A stretch of 64,000 nt of DNA from a bacterium. GTDB taxonomy: Bacteria; Planctomycetota; B15-G4. The notes beneath the pieces are model-generated. The model was not told where the DNA came from. It saw nothing but the letters and a program-made list of their open reading frames with translations, and searched no databases. Below, one piece after another: positions 41,514 to 53,055 of this stretch. Every line of letters begins with the position of its first letter. Within the stretch, counting starts at the first letter, position 1. The stretch spans positions 10,919-74,918 of the forward strand of contig JAUIEF010000005.1 of NCBI GenBank assembly GCA_030428785.1. Direction: 5' to 3'. The position numbers were made by a program, and so were the translations under genes.

Positions 41514-42664
41514 CGTCCACCTCCGAGCGCGGCCGTGGTGCCGCCGGACGACTCGAGCTCGACGCGCGTCGGGCTGGAGTCCTTCGTGTAGGGCACGAGC
41601 GAGAACTCGATGTCCCGCAGGCGTTCGGCCAGCCGCTCGCGCACGAGCACCTCACCCTGCTTGGCGAGCGCCTCCGTCTTGGCCTTGAGGCCCTCCGCCT
41701 CCTTGAGCGCCTTCTCGCGCATGCCGCGCGCCTCCTCCATGAGCCGCGCCTGCGACGCCTGGCCGTCACCGACGACGCGCGTCTTGTAGGCGTCCGCCGC
41801 GCGCTCGATGCGCACGCGCTCCTTCTGGGCCGAGATGAACTCGGCGTTGAGCGTGCCCTTGAGCGACTCGAACTCCACCGTCTTCGTCGAGTCGATCTCG
41901 GCGAGCCTGCGCTCGCGCTCTCGACGGAGCTGCTCGGCGCGGGCCTTGATGCGCTCGACCTCCTGGTTGGCCACCTTGCGGTCCTCGATGGCCTTCTCGT
42001 ACCGCTCGTCGAACTTGGGCTTCGGCGTGATGATCTGGATCACGTCGATCCCGTGGTCGTTGAGCATCGCGTTGAGCCGGTCGCGCGACTCCGCCGCGGC
42101 GATGTTGTAGTTGGTCGGGTCGGAGATCTCGGACGAGGAGAACTTCCCGAACTCGTCGCGCAGGATCGACCGGGCGAATGCGCGCACCCAGTTGATCTTG
42201 AAGTTGTCGCCGGAGCCCGAGTCGGCCAGCACGACGTCCGCCTTGAGCGGGTCGATGCGGTACTGCAGCTCCATGCGGTCGAACCACAGGTTCGAGCCGT
42301 CGTTGGCGCGCACCGTGAGCTTCTTCACGTGGTTGCTGTCCTGGTCGCGGTCGCCCTCCATCACGAAGAGCTGCACGCTCTTGTCGAACAGGAAGCCCTG
42401 CTCGAGGAACGGGATGAAGAACTGGTACCCCGGCTGCGTGTGGACCTGCGTCTCGCCCGTGAGGTAGTTCGCGATGACCGCGACCTGGTCGGCGTTCACC
42501 TCGATGATGCCGCCCTGCCCGCTGGCCAGCACGACGATCAACATGAGCGCGAGGACCACGACCAGCGCGAGGATGACGGCTCGGGCGGGTCGCCGCCGCG
42601 AGGAGCGCCGGTCCGGCGGATCCGTCTCCGCGAAGGCGCGTTCGAAGTCTTCTGAGGATGCCAT
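41510..42664 (-). CDS. SPFH/Band 7 domain membrane protein (HflC/HflK-like)
   Basis: TM helix, PGYQFFIPF, TVRANDG, ILRDEFG, coiled coil; ATGA overlap with the next SPFH gene. Confidence 0.8.
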   Translation of the reverse strand: MASSEDFERAFAETDPPDRRSSRRRPARAVILALVVVLALMLIVVLASGQGGIIEVNADQVAVIANYLTGETQVHTQPGYQFFIPFLEQGFLFDKSVQLFVMEGDRDQDSNHVKKLTVRANDGSNLWFDRMELQYRIDPLKADVVLADSGSGDNFKINWVRAFARSILRDEFGKFSSSEISDPTNYNIAAAESRDRLNAMLNDHGIDVIQIITPKPKFDERYEKAIEDRKVANQEVERIKARAEQLRRERERRLAEIDSTKTVEFESLKGTLNAEFISAQKERVRIERAADAYKTRVVGDGQASQARLMEEARGMREKALKEAEGLKAKTEALAKQGEVLVRERLAERLRDIEFSLVPYTKDSSPTRVELESSGGTTAALGGGR

Positions 42665-42877
42665 GGGGCCTCCGGGACGAGTGCCGAGGCGGACCCCGGC
42701 GTCGAGGTGTGCCCCCCCGGCCGAGCCCGCGTCGGGCCCATTGTTGGGCATCCGGAGGCCGGATTGCACCTCCCGTCCCGTGCTCGACGACGCGCGCGGA
42801 CGCATCGGAGCGCGGTGCTCCGGCGGAAAGGCGGGCTCCGGGATGCGCGCCCGGAGCCCGCCAGTGCAAGCCGTCGG

Positions 42878-43699
42878 TCAGTCGACGAAGTGCACGGTGA
42901 AGCGGTTGCTCACGAACTCGACGGACGCGCCGTCCTCCGAGAGCACGGCGAACGCGAGGTAGAGCTCGTCCGGCACGCCGGCCGGGAACAACGTGTCGAG
43001 CTGCGCCTGCGTGAGCGACGCACGACCGTCCTCGGTCGCCGTGAGCTCGCCGACGAAGCCGGGCAGCACGCCGAGCGCGGTCGCGCGGAGGAACGCGGTC
43101 GTCGTCGCGTCCACGGCGAACGGGAGCTCCGCCTCGCCGACGGTCGTGACGCCGCCGGTCGTGCTCGCCACCACGACGTACGGGTGGTGCGCGAAGCCTC
43201 CGGCGTGGTCGTCACCGTGCGTGTGGTCCGCCTCCGGGATGGAGATCGAGAGACGGATGTCGTCGTCCCCCGTGCTCGTCCCCGGGACGAGACCGAGCGC
43301 GGTGAGCGCGCCGCCCCGACCCTCCTCGAGGTCGAGCAGCGCCGCCGAACCGCCGACGGTGCTGCGCAACACGAGGTGGCCGTTGTGCTCGAACGCCTCG
43401 AGCATCGTCGTCTGCGCGGTGACCGCCGCGATGATGTCCTCGTTCGGCATGAGGCCGCCGGAGAGCGCGATCGTGTGCGTGGCGTTCCCGTCGGAGACGC
43501 TGAACTGGGCGTCGGCCGGGACCTCGAACGAGTGACCTTCGCTGAGCCGGTACGTCGGCACGCCGCTGCCCTTCACGAACGTGATGTCCGTGAGGATCTC
43601 CGTGGCCGAGGCGCTCGAGAGCGGCACGGGCACGTGGTGGGCGAAGACGACGCTCGCCAGCAGGGCGGCGGAGAGGGTGGTGATGAAACGCTTGGACAT
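42878..43699 (-). CDS. Secreted protein with His-rich loop, unknown function
   Basis: Signal peptide MSKRFITTLSAALLASVVFA|HH; DHTHGDDHAGGFAHH; RBS aagga. Confidence 0.7.
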   Translation of the reverse strand: MSKRFITTLSAALLASVVFAHHVPVPLSSASATEILTDITFVKGSGVPTYRLSEGHSFEVPADAQFSVSDGNATHTIALSGGLMPNEDIIAAVTAQTTMLEAFEHNGHLVLRSTVGGSAALLDLEEGRGGALTALGLVPGTSTGDDDIRLSISIPEADHTHGDDHAGGFAHHPYVVVASTTGGVTTVGEAELPFAVDATTTAFLRATALGVLPGFVGELTATEDGRASLTQAQLDTLFPAGVPDELYLAFAVLSEDGASVEFVSNRFTVHFVD

Positions 43700-43902
43700 G
43701 ATGAATGGTCCTTGTGGATGTTCCTGGGTACGGACCCCGACGGGATCCGCGGTGGGTGCCCCGGCGTCCGCCCGATCGGGGGCGGAGCGGGACCGTGAGC
43801 GGACGGCGAGCCGCCGGGCCCGCCGTCGACCGGATGTCCGGACGACGGGCATCCGGGTCGTGGAGCCGGGAGCGCGCGCCGTGCGGCGGCGCGCCCGGTG
43901 GC

Positions 43903-44265
43903 TCAGCCGCGGGGAGGCGGCGGCTCCGGCGCTCGGGACCAGGACTCGGGGACGCGCTCCGCCTCCACGCGCGGGAACGCGGGGGGCCGCGAGGGCGTCA
44001 GGAGTTCGCGCGCGTCGTCGGGCCGCATGACGACGGGCCCCGGCGACGTCGCGGACACGCCTTCGCGCGGCGCGCCGCACGTGCAGCCGGACTCGAGGCG
44101 GACCGTGCCGTCGGAGGGAAGGGCGTCCTCGACGCAGCAGCAGCGGTCCCCGCCGCAGGCCGCCTCGTCGAGCACGAACCGCACGACGCGCCCGAGCTCG
44201 GACGCCGGCACCCACGACGCCGCGACGAGCGTCCAGGCGATGAGCGTGCGGAGGCGGCGCGGCAT
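43903..44265 (-). CDS. Small Cys-rich, Pro-tailed protein (DUF2946-like upstream ORF)
   Basis: Hydrophobic N-terminus, CGGDRCCC and GCTCG, C-terminus RAPEPPPPRG. Confidence 0.55.
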   Translation of the reverse strand: MPRRLRTLIAWTLVAASWVPASELGRVVRFVLDEAACGGDRCCCVEDALPSDGTVRLESGCTCGAPREGVSATSPGPVVMRPDDARELLTPSRPPAFPRVEAERVPESWSRAPEPPPPRG

Positions 44266-44326
44266 GGCGTCTCGTGCGACGCCCGCCTGCCCGCGGGGGT
44301 CCGTCCTTCTCTGGATGAGTGGCCCG

Positions 44327-45988
<1,662 letters not shown>

Positions 45989-46177
45989 GGGACCCTCTCG
46001 ACGACGGGGTGCGGTGACGCGGGCGACGCGGTGCGGTGCGCGCCGGCCGCCGGGACTCGCCTGAGCGCGCCCCGGGGAACCCCGGATCATACGCACCGGC
46101 TCCGGTCGCGTCGCGCCCGTCCGCGAGGTCGGGCGACGTCGCGCCGCCTTCCCCGGCCGCCTCCGATGCGGGGGCCG

Positions 46178-48502
46178 TCAGCGCTCGAGGATGTACGACG
46201 CCGCCGCGTCGTCGGGACGCTGCGGCCAGATGTCCACGTGGAACAGCTCGGCGTCGACCTGCACGCTGCGCTCCGCGAGCACCTCGACGCCCTCCACCCC
46301 CACCGGCCGGTAGAGCATCATCGTGTACTCACCGGGCGGCATGTCCTGGACGCGGAACGCGCCGTCCGTCGACGGCCGCACGCACCAGTCGCTCTCGCCG
46401 AGCCACTCCGAGCGCCAGTCGGGGACCGCCGCGCCGAGGAACGCGAGACAGAGGTCCGGGTGGTCGGCCGGCCCGTACCAGCCGATGTCGCCCTGCACGG
46501 TGTGGAACGGCGGGATCCGGAGGTCGAACGGCTCGAGCGTCGCGAGGTCGAGCCAGCCCCCCGTCGACGCGACGGGCGCGGACACGGGGCCGCGATCGAG
46601 CCGCACGTCGAAGAACGACGTGCCCGCCGGCGCCGTGGCGATCCGGACGACGTGCCGCCCCGTCACGCCGAGCGGCACGGTGACGTTCCCCGACCAGCTG
46701 CTGCCCGTCCACGGGTTCCACGTCGTCTGCTGCACGAGGTAGCGGCGGTTCGGGAGCAGGCCCTCGACGCCGACGGGTGACGAGCTCACGTCCGTGAACT
46801 GCCGCAGCGGGATCTCCCCGCGCTCCGTCGCGAAGTCGACGGGGAACGGCCCCCAGGTCGAGAAGAGGAGCGCGCCGTGCGGGTGCGCGAGCTCCGAGAC
46901 GAGCACCAACCGCTGGTCGGCCTCCGCCTCGAGGACGAGGCCGAACCGCCCGGCCGCGTCCGTCGCGCCCTCCCACGCGAGCTCGAACTCCGGCGGCAGG
47001 CCGGCGTCCAGCACGTGCATGCCCTCGGGGCCGCCGCGATCCGACACGAACGCGCGGACCGTCGCGCCCGGGATGCCGTCGTCCTCCCAGACGCCGGAGC
47101 GCACGCTCCCCGACACGCGGCGCGCGCCGGGGCCGGGCGAGAGGTACTCGGGGAGCACGCGCGCGTCGCGACGCCGCTCGACGCGCGTCACGCGGTTCCA
47201 CGACTGGTACCCGGGCGCCGAGAGCCGCAGCGTGACGGTCTCGCCGATGCGGTCGGGCGGCAGCGCGAGCAGGAACGAGCCCGTGGCGTCCGTGCTCCCG
47301 GCGACGAGCTCGTCGCCGCGCGCGTCCGTGAGCCGCGCGAGGCCGTCGCCGATGGGCTCGCTCGTCGCGGCGTCGAGCAGCGTGCCGGCGACGGCGCCGC
47401 CGGGGTCGAGCGCGAGCGACACGAAGGGCGCGCCCGGCTCGACGCGCACCCAGCCGTCGCTCTCCGCGAGCTGCAGCCCCTGCGAGCGGCCGCCCAGGAA
47501 CCAGCTCTCGCCGTCGTCGGCGCGGAGGTGCTGCGGCGAGAAGACGCGCCCCACCGTGAAGCGCCCGTCCTGGTCGGTGAAGACGACGTCCTCGACGTAG
47601 CGGTCGAGCCCCGGCCCGCGGTCGACGTGCACCTCGACGCCGGGCATGGGGTAGCCGTCCGCGTCCACGACGCGCCCGGCGAGCGGCGTCGCCGCCCAGG
47701 TCACGAGGTCCGGCAGCTCCTGCGTCGGGTGCGGCAGCGGGACGTGCATGCGCTCGGACGCCATCGCCTCGTCGACGACGGACACGACGAGGTCCACGAC
47801 GTTCGTGTCGTCGAAGGGCTCCACGTAGTAGTGCCCGGTCTCGTTCGTGCGGCCGCCCGTCTCGGCCGGCGCGACCGCCTGCACGCTCGTGATCGACACG
47901 TCGCCGCGCTCGCTGTCCTCGAGGTACGCGGGACGCGGCGGCCAGTACCGGCGCGCGACGACCTGCGCGCCGGCGACCGGGTCGCCGAAGTCGTTCGTCA
48001 CGCGGCCGAACCAGCCGCGCGTCGGGCGCAGCGCGAGCACGACCTCGCCGCCGAGGTCGGTCACGGCGTCGAGGAGCAGCTCGCCCGACTCGTAGCCCTC
48101 GGCGGACGCGGTGACGTGCAGCGACTCGACCCGGTCGGGCACGGGCACGTCGAGCGACCCGTCGAGCGACGGGCGCGCGCCGCGCAGCAGGACGAGCTCG
48201 CCGGACGCGACGCGCACCGTCGCGCCGGTGATCGGCTCGCCGTCGGGCCAGCGCTCGACGCTCAGGTGGAGGCGGCGCTCGGCGAGCGGGCGCGGGACGG
48301 GCGTCGGCGCGCCGCGCGCGCCCGGGCCGCCGTCACCGCCGCGCTCCGCGCCCTCCGGCGGCACGTGCGCGTCGCCGGGCCGTCCGTCGACGAGCTCGCC
48401 CTCGACCTCGCGCCCGTCCGTCGACGCGACGACGAGCAGCACGCCCGTCACGAGCACGGCCGAGACCGCGACGAGGACCGACGTCCGGCGGGCGGGTGAC
48501 AT
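46178..48502 (-). CDS. Membrane-anchored protein with multiple carboxypeptidase-regulatory-like beta-sandwich repeats
   Basis: N-terminal TM; repeated GRVxDxxGxPxxGAxV...TDxxGxF units. Confidence 0.7.
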   Translation of the reverse strand: MSPARRTSVLVAVSAVLVTGVLLVVASTDGREVEGELVDGRPGDAHVPPEGAERGGDGGPGARGAPTPVPRPLAERRLHLSVERWPDGEPITGATVRVASGELVLLRGARPSLDGSLDVPVPDRVESLHVTASAEGYESGELLLDAVTDLGGEVVLALRPTRGWFGRVTNDFGDPVAGAQVVARRYWPPRPAYLEDSERGDVSITSVQAVAPAETGGRTNETGHYYVEPFDDTNVVDLVVSVVDEAMASERMHVPLPHPTQELPDLVTWAATPLAGRVVDADGYPMPGVEVHVDRGPGLDRYVEDVVFTDQDGRFTVGRVFSPQHLRADDGESWFLGGRSQGLQLAESDGWVRVEPGAPFVSLALDPGGAVAGTLLDAATSEPIGDGLARLTDARGDELVAGSTDATGSFLLALPPDRIGETVTLRLSAPGYQSWNRVTRVERRRDARVLPEYLSPGPGARRVSGSVRSGVWEDDGIPGATVRAFVSDRGGPEGMHVLDAGLPPEFELAWEGATDAAGRFGLVLEAEADQRLVLVSELAHPHGALLFSTWGPFPVDFATERGEIPLRQFTDVSSSPVGVEGLLPNRRYLVQQTTWNPWTGSSWSGNVTVPLGVTGRHVVRIATAPAGTSFFDVRLDRGPVSAPVASTGGWLDLATLEPFDLRIPPFHTVQGDIGWYGPADHPDLCLAFLGAAVPDWRSEWLGESDWCVRPSTDGAFRVQDMPPGEYTMMLYRPVGVEGVEVLAERSVQVDAELFHVDIWPQRPDDAAASYILER

Positions 48503-48675
48503 GGCGCGCTCCGTGGGTGCGGTGCGAGGACCATCCTACGACGGATCGGCCGACGGCGGGTCGGGCGCGCGGACCGCTCTCCGACACGTCACGTCCCGTC
48601 CGCAACGCCCTCCCCGACGCACGGCCCCTTCGACGCACGGGGCGCCGCGCGTCTTCCCGACCCCGCGCGCTCCCG

Positions 48676-50205
48676 TCAGTCGAGCGGGCCGACGACGCGC
48701 TCCGCCGCCGCGACGAGGCTCCCGTCGCGCACGCGCGCCGCGACGGCCTCGATGTCCGTGGACAGGACCCGGTCGCGGGTGAGCGGCTTCAGGTCCGCGC
48801 GCAATGCCTTGCGCACCGCCTCCACCGCCGGCGACGCCTTGAACCGCTTCTCGAACGCGAGCCCGTGGAACGCGGCCATGAGCTCCACCGCGACGACGTA
48901 CGTCACGTTGTCGACGATCTGCCGCGCCTGACGCGCCGCGTGCGTCGCCATGGACACGTGGTCCTCCTTGCCGGCGGACGTCGGCACGGAGTCGACGGAG
49001 GCCGGGTGCGCGAGCACCTTGTTCTCCGACACGAGGGCGGCCGCCGTGACCTGCGCGATCATGAGGCCGCTGTTGAGGCCGCTGCCGTGCGCGAGGAACG
49101 CGGGCAGGCCGGAGAGGTCCGGGTTCACGAGGTTCTCGATACGACGCTCGGAGATGTTCGCGAGCTCGGCCACGGCGATCTTGAGCAGGTCGGCGGCCAC
49201 CGCGACGGGCTGCGCGTGGAAGTTGCCGCCGGAGAGCACGTCGCCCTCCGGGAACACGAGCGGGTTGTCCGTGACGGCGTTCGCCTCGCGCACGACGACG
49301 CCCTCGACGTACGCGAGCGCGTCCCAGCTCGCGCCGTGCACCTGGGGCGCGCACCGCAGGCTGTAGTTGTCCTGCACGCGCTCGCAGTCCTCGTGGGACG
49401 CGCGGATCTCGCTGCCTTCGACGAGCCGCCGCAGGTTCGACGCGACGCGTGACTGACCCTCGTGCCCGCGCAGGTCGTGGATGCGCGGATCGTAGGCCGC
49501 GTCCGTCCCCTTGTACGCCTCGAGCGTGCACGCCGTCGCGACGTCCGCCGCCTTCGCAAGCCGCCGTGCGCGCACGAGCGCGTCCGCGAGGATCGCCGTC
49601 GAGACCTGCGTCCCGTTGAGGAGCGACAGCCCCTCCTTGCTGTGCAGCCGAACGGGCGACAGGCCGGCGGCCTCGAGCGCCTCGCGCCCGCCCAGCTCGC
49701 GTCGCCCGCGCCACGCGCGCCCCTCGCCGATGAGCACGAGCGCCATGTGCGCGAGCGGGGCGAGGTCGCCGGACGCCCCCACCGAGCCTTGCGCCGGCAG
49801 CACCGGCACGACGCCGGCGTTGAACACGTCGACGGCGCGCTGGAGCAGCAGCGGCCGGACGCCTGACCGCCCGTGCGCCATGTTCGCGATGCGCAGCGCG
49901 AAGGCGAGCCGGCAGACCTCGCGCTCGAGCGGCGGGCCGACGCCCGACGCGTGGCTCCGCACGAGGTTCACCTGGAGGGCGCGCAGGTCGTCGTTCGAGA
50001 CGCGGACGGCGGCCAGCTTGCCGAAGCCCGTGTTGATGCCGTAGCAGACGCGGCCCTCGTCCATGGCGGCCTCGACGACGCGCCGGGACGCCCGCACGGC
50101 CTCGAGCGTGCCCTCGTCGACGGCGAGGCGCGGAGGACGGGCTCCCAGGAGGGCGGAGAGGTCGTCGAGCTGCAGCCGTTCGCTGCCGAGGCGGAGGGTG
50201 GGCAT
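48676..50205 (-). CDS. hutH: Histidine ammonia-lyase
   Basis: YGINTGFG, MIO motif GASGDLAPL, KEGLSLLNGT, QDNYSLRC, HASSVD-like SVDSVPTSAGKEDHVSM. Confidence 0.97.
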   Translation of the reverse strand: MPTLRLGSERLQLDDLSALLGARPPRLAVDEGTLEAVRASRRVVEAAMDEGRVCYGINTGFGKLAAVRVSNDDLRALQVNLVRSHASGVGPPLEREVCRLAFALRIANMAHGRSGVRPLLLQRAVDVFNAGVVPVLPAQGSVGASGDLAPLAHMALVLIGEGRAWRGRRELGGREALEAAGLSPVRLHSKEGLSLLNGTQVSTAILADALVRARRLAKAADVATACTLEAYKGTDAAYDPRIHDLRGHEGQSRVASNLRRLVEGSEIRASHEDCERVQDNYSLRCAPQVHGASWDALAYVEGVVVREANAVTDNPLVFPEGDVLSGGNFHAQPVAVAADLLKIAVAELANISERRIENLVNPDLSGLPAFLAHGSGLNSGLMIAQVTAAALVSENKVLAHPASVDSVPTSAGKEDHVSMATHAARQARQIVDNVTYVVAVELMAAFHGLAFEKRFKASPAVEAVRKALRADLKPLTRDRVLSTDIEAVAARVRDGSLVAAAERVVGPLD

Positions 50206-50284
50206 GGCGCACACGATGGATGCCGGGAGCCTCCCGGGTCAACGCCATCTTGCGCCCGCGGCGAGGGGCCGGATCATGCGTGCC

Positions 50285-52978
50285 ATGGGAGGTCAGGTCG
50301 CCCGCCGCCTCGCGCTCCTCGGAGCGATCCTGCTGAGTGCGCCGTCCGTGTCCGCGGAGCGCGTGTTCTCGGAGTTCGACCTGCTGGGCTGGCGACGGGC
50401 GGGCGTCGTGAGCGTCGAGGCCGGGGCGCTGGAGGGCGGCACGGTCGCCGACCTGCTCGACCGGAGCGTCGCCACGGTGGCGGACGTCCCGTCGCGTGTG
50501 ACGCTCGTGTTCGACACGCCGCAGCTCGTGCGCGACGTGACGCTCGTCCCCGGCGGGACCGATCGCGTCGACGTCACGCTCACGGTGGTCGCGGAGGACG
50601 GACGCCGGTTCGCCGCCGGCGAGGAGTCGGTCGCCGACGGACGTCACGCCGTCTTCCACCTGCTCGACGTGCTCACCGACCGGCTCGAGTTCGCCGTGTC
50701 GCGCCCCGGCGGAGGCGCCGTGCCGGTCGCGGGCGTGCGCGTGCTCGGCGCGCTCGACGTCGACCGTCTGAACCTCGAGGGCGTCCCCGACGCGCTGCCG
50801 GAGGGCGGCGCGTTCCCGCTCGTCGTGACGGGCCGCGACTCGTTCGGCGGTCGGCCCGACCTCACGTCGCTCGTGCGCGTGGGCGTGACACCGGCGCGCG
50901 CGGTGAGCGTGGAGGGCGGCCGCCTCGTCATGCGCGCGAGCGGGCCGATCACGCTCGCGGCGCACCTCGGCGACCTCGAGAGCCCGCGGCGCGACCTCAT
51001 GGTCCAGAAGCTGCTCGCCGCGCCCGCCGCGCCCGCGCTCACGCCCGGACACCGCCAGATCCGCGTGCACCTCGAGGGCGAGCCGCCGTTCGAGGTGTTC
51101 CGGCGTCCGCCGGGCGGCAAGAGCGGGCGTGCGATCGGTCGCGCCGACGGCCACCTCTTCTTCGACGACGACGTGGAGCCGGGCTCGGCGCACCAGTACT
51201 CCGTCCGGCGCATCGACGCGTTCGGCAACCCGCTCACGGAGGTGAGCGCGGAGACGCGCGGGCGCGCGCACTCGCAGCGCCCCGCCGGCGCGCTGGACCT
51301 GGGTCGCCTGCCCGTGCTCGTCGTCGTGTACCAGGACTCGCTCGAGGGCGGCGCGGAGGAGGCCCGGCGTATCGAGGAGAGCCTGGAGGCGGCGCGACTC
51401 TTCGTGTTCCGTCACTCGGCCGGGCGGCTGCACCTCGACCTCACCTTCCTGCGGCGCTCGGGGCCGACGCCGTCGACGGCGGGCCCGACGATGGCGCTCG
51501 TCGAGCGCGACCTGCGCCGCCACGGCATCGCGGACGACGCGTACGGGCTGGTGTTCGTGCTCGCCGGGGACCTCGACGGCTCGTGGGGCAACTTCTCGCT
51601 GCTCGGCGGGACGGCGGGCGCGTTCGGGCGCGATGCGAGCGTGCCCACGCCGCCCGGCGCGCTCGGCCCCGACCCGGCCGCCGCGTGGAACTTCGTCCAC
51701 GAGCTGCAGCACGTCCTCAACGACCGCGTCGCGGCATCCGTCGGCGTCACCGGCCTGCCCACGGGCCACTTCGACCAGGACTACGCGACGGGTCGGCTCG
51801 GCGGCTCCGGCCTCGTGCTGGACGTGGGCGAGGCGTGGGACGGCCAGGCCGCGCTCCTGCGGCTCACCGAGTCCTGGGCCGAGGTCGGTCCGCCGTTCCG
51901 ACGTCCGCACGAGACGGTGGACGCGGACGGCGACGGCTTCCCGGACGACGACCCCGCGCTCGCGATCGACGAGGCGCGCTACGGCAGCTCACCGACGACC
52001 GCCGACACGGATGACGACGGGCTGGGCGACCTCTCGGAGCTCATGGCCGGTCTCTACGGGGGCACAGACCCGACCGCCCCCGACACGGACGACGACGGCC
52101 TGCGCGACGGCGACGACCCGTGGCCGCTCTCCGACTTCACGGGCCGCATCCCGCACGGCGACACGCCGGCGTTCGTCGCCGCCGGGCCGGACCCGCGCGA
52201 CCCGGCGGTGCGGCTCGACGCCGGCTGGACCGCGTCCGCGCTCGTGCTGCGCGTCGCGACGCGCGCACCGTGCGACGTGTTCCTCGACCTCGACGGGAGC
52301 GGCGCGCTCGGACGCTGGGAGACGGACACGCTCGTCGGCGTCGGCGACGACGACGCGTCGACCGGTGGGTCGGACGTCTACGCCGGCCCGGCGCGCCTGT
52401 CGATCCGCGCGCACGAGGATCCGACGGGTGTCTACGTCGGCCAGCGCCCGCTACCCGAGGCGACGCTCGTCGCGACCGAGGAGGACGGCTGGAGCGTGGT
52501 GACCGTGACGCTCCCGCCGGCGCTCGGCCCCGGCGCGTCGGACGTCCACGTGCGCGAGGGCGCGACGCCGGCGGACGGCCTGCGTCTCGAAGCGGGTCGC
52601 GTGCTCGGCCTGGGCGTCACCGTGCACGCCTCGACGGCCGGGCTCGCGCGCGCCTTCGACGCCTGGCGCGACGACGTGCCGTGGGTCAGCCTCTTCGAGC
52701 CCCACCGCCTGCTCGACGCGACGCTCGCGGCACCGGAGGAGACCGACGCGCCGGACGGGGAGCACGCGCCCACGGAACCTGTCGGGGAACCGGCCGGGGA
52801 AGCGGCCGACCCGAGCGAACCGGACGAGGTCCCGCAGGACGGTGCCGACGACGGTGCCAGCGACGTCCCCGACGAGGACGCGGCGGGCGCCGACGACGAC
52901 ACGAGCGGCGCCGACGCGGCCGCGGACGACGACGCCGGGACACCGGCGGAGGACGGCGGGAGCGCCGCGGCCTCCTGA
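50285..52978 (+). CDS. Large secreted multidomain protein with HExxH motif, Ca-binding DxDxDG repeats and acidic tail
   Basis: Signal peptide; HELQH; DADGDGFPD, DTDDDGLGD, DTDDDGLRD; Asp/Glu-rich C-terminus. Confidence 0.7.
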   Translation: MGGQVARRLALLGAILLSAPSVSAERVFSEFDLLGWRRAGVVSVEAGALEGGTVADLLDRSVATVADVPSRVTLVFDTPQLVRDVTLVPGGTDRVDVTLTVVAEDGRRFAAGEESVADGRHAVFHLLDVLTDRLEFAVSRPGGGAVPVAGVRVLGALDVDRLNLEGVPDALPEGGAFPLVVTGRDSFGGRPDLTSLVRVGVTPARAVSVEGGRLVMRASGPITLAAHLGDLESPRRDLMVQKLLAAPAAPALTPGHRQIRVHLEGEPPFEVFRRPPGGKSGRAIGRADGHLFFDDDVEPGSAHQYSVRRIDAFGNPLTEVSAETRGRAHSQRPAGALDLGRLPVLVVVYQDSLEGGAEEARRIEESLEAARLFVFRHSAGRLHLDLTFLRRSGPTPSTAGPTMALVERDLRRHGIADDAYGLVFVLAGDLDGSWGNFSLLGGTAGAFGRDASVPTPPGALGPDPAAAWNFVHELQHVLNDRVAASVGVTGLPTGHFDQDYATGRLGGSGLVLDVGEAWDGQAALLRLTESWAEVGPPFRRPHETVDADGDGFPDDDPALAIDEARYGSSPTTADTDDDGLGDLSELMAGLYGGTDPTAPDTDDDGLRDGDDPWPLSDFTGRIPHGDTPAFVAAGPDPRDPAVRLDAGWTASALVLRVATRAPCDVFLDLDGSGALGRWETDTLVGVGDDDASTGGSDVYAGPARLSIRAHEDPTGVYVGQRPLPEATLVATEEDGWSVVTVTLPPALGPGASDVHVREGATPADGLRLEAGRVLGLGVTVHASTAGLARAFDAWRDDVPWVSLFEPHRLLDATLAAPEETDAPDGEHAPTEPVGEPAGEAADPSEPDEVPQDGADDGASDVPDEDAAGADDDTSGADAAADDDAGTPAEDGGSAAAS

Positions 52979-53055
52979 GGCGCGCGCGGACCGGGGCTCC
53001 CGGCAGCCCGTGGCGTACGTCATGCGGCGCGAGGACGCCGCGACTGCACCGGCTG

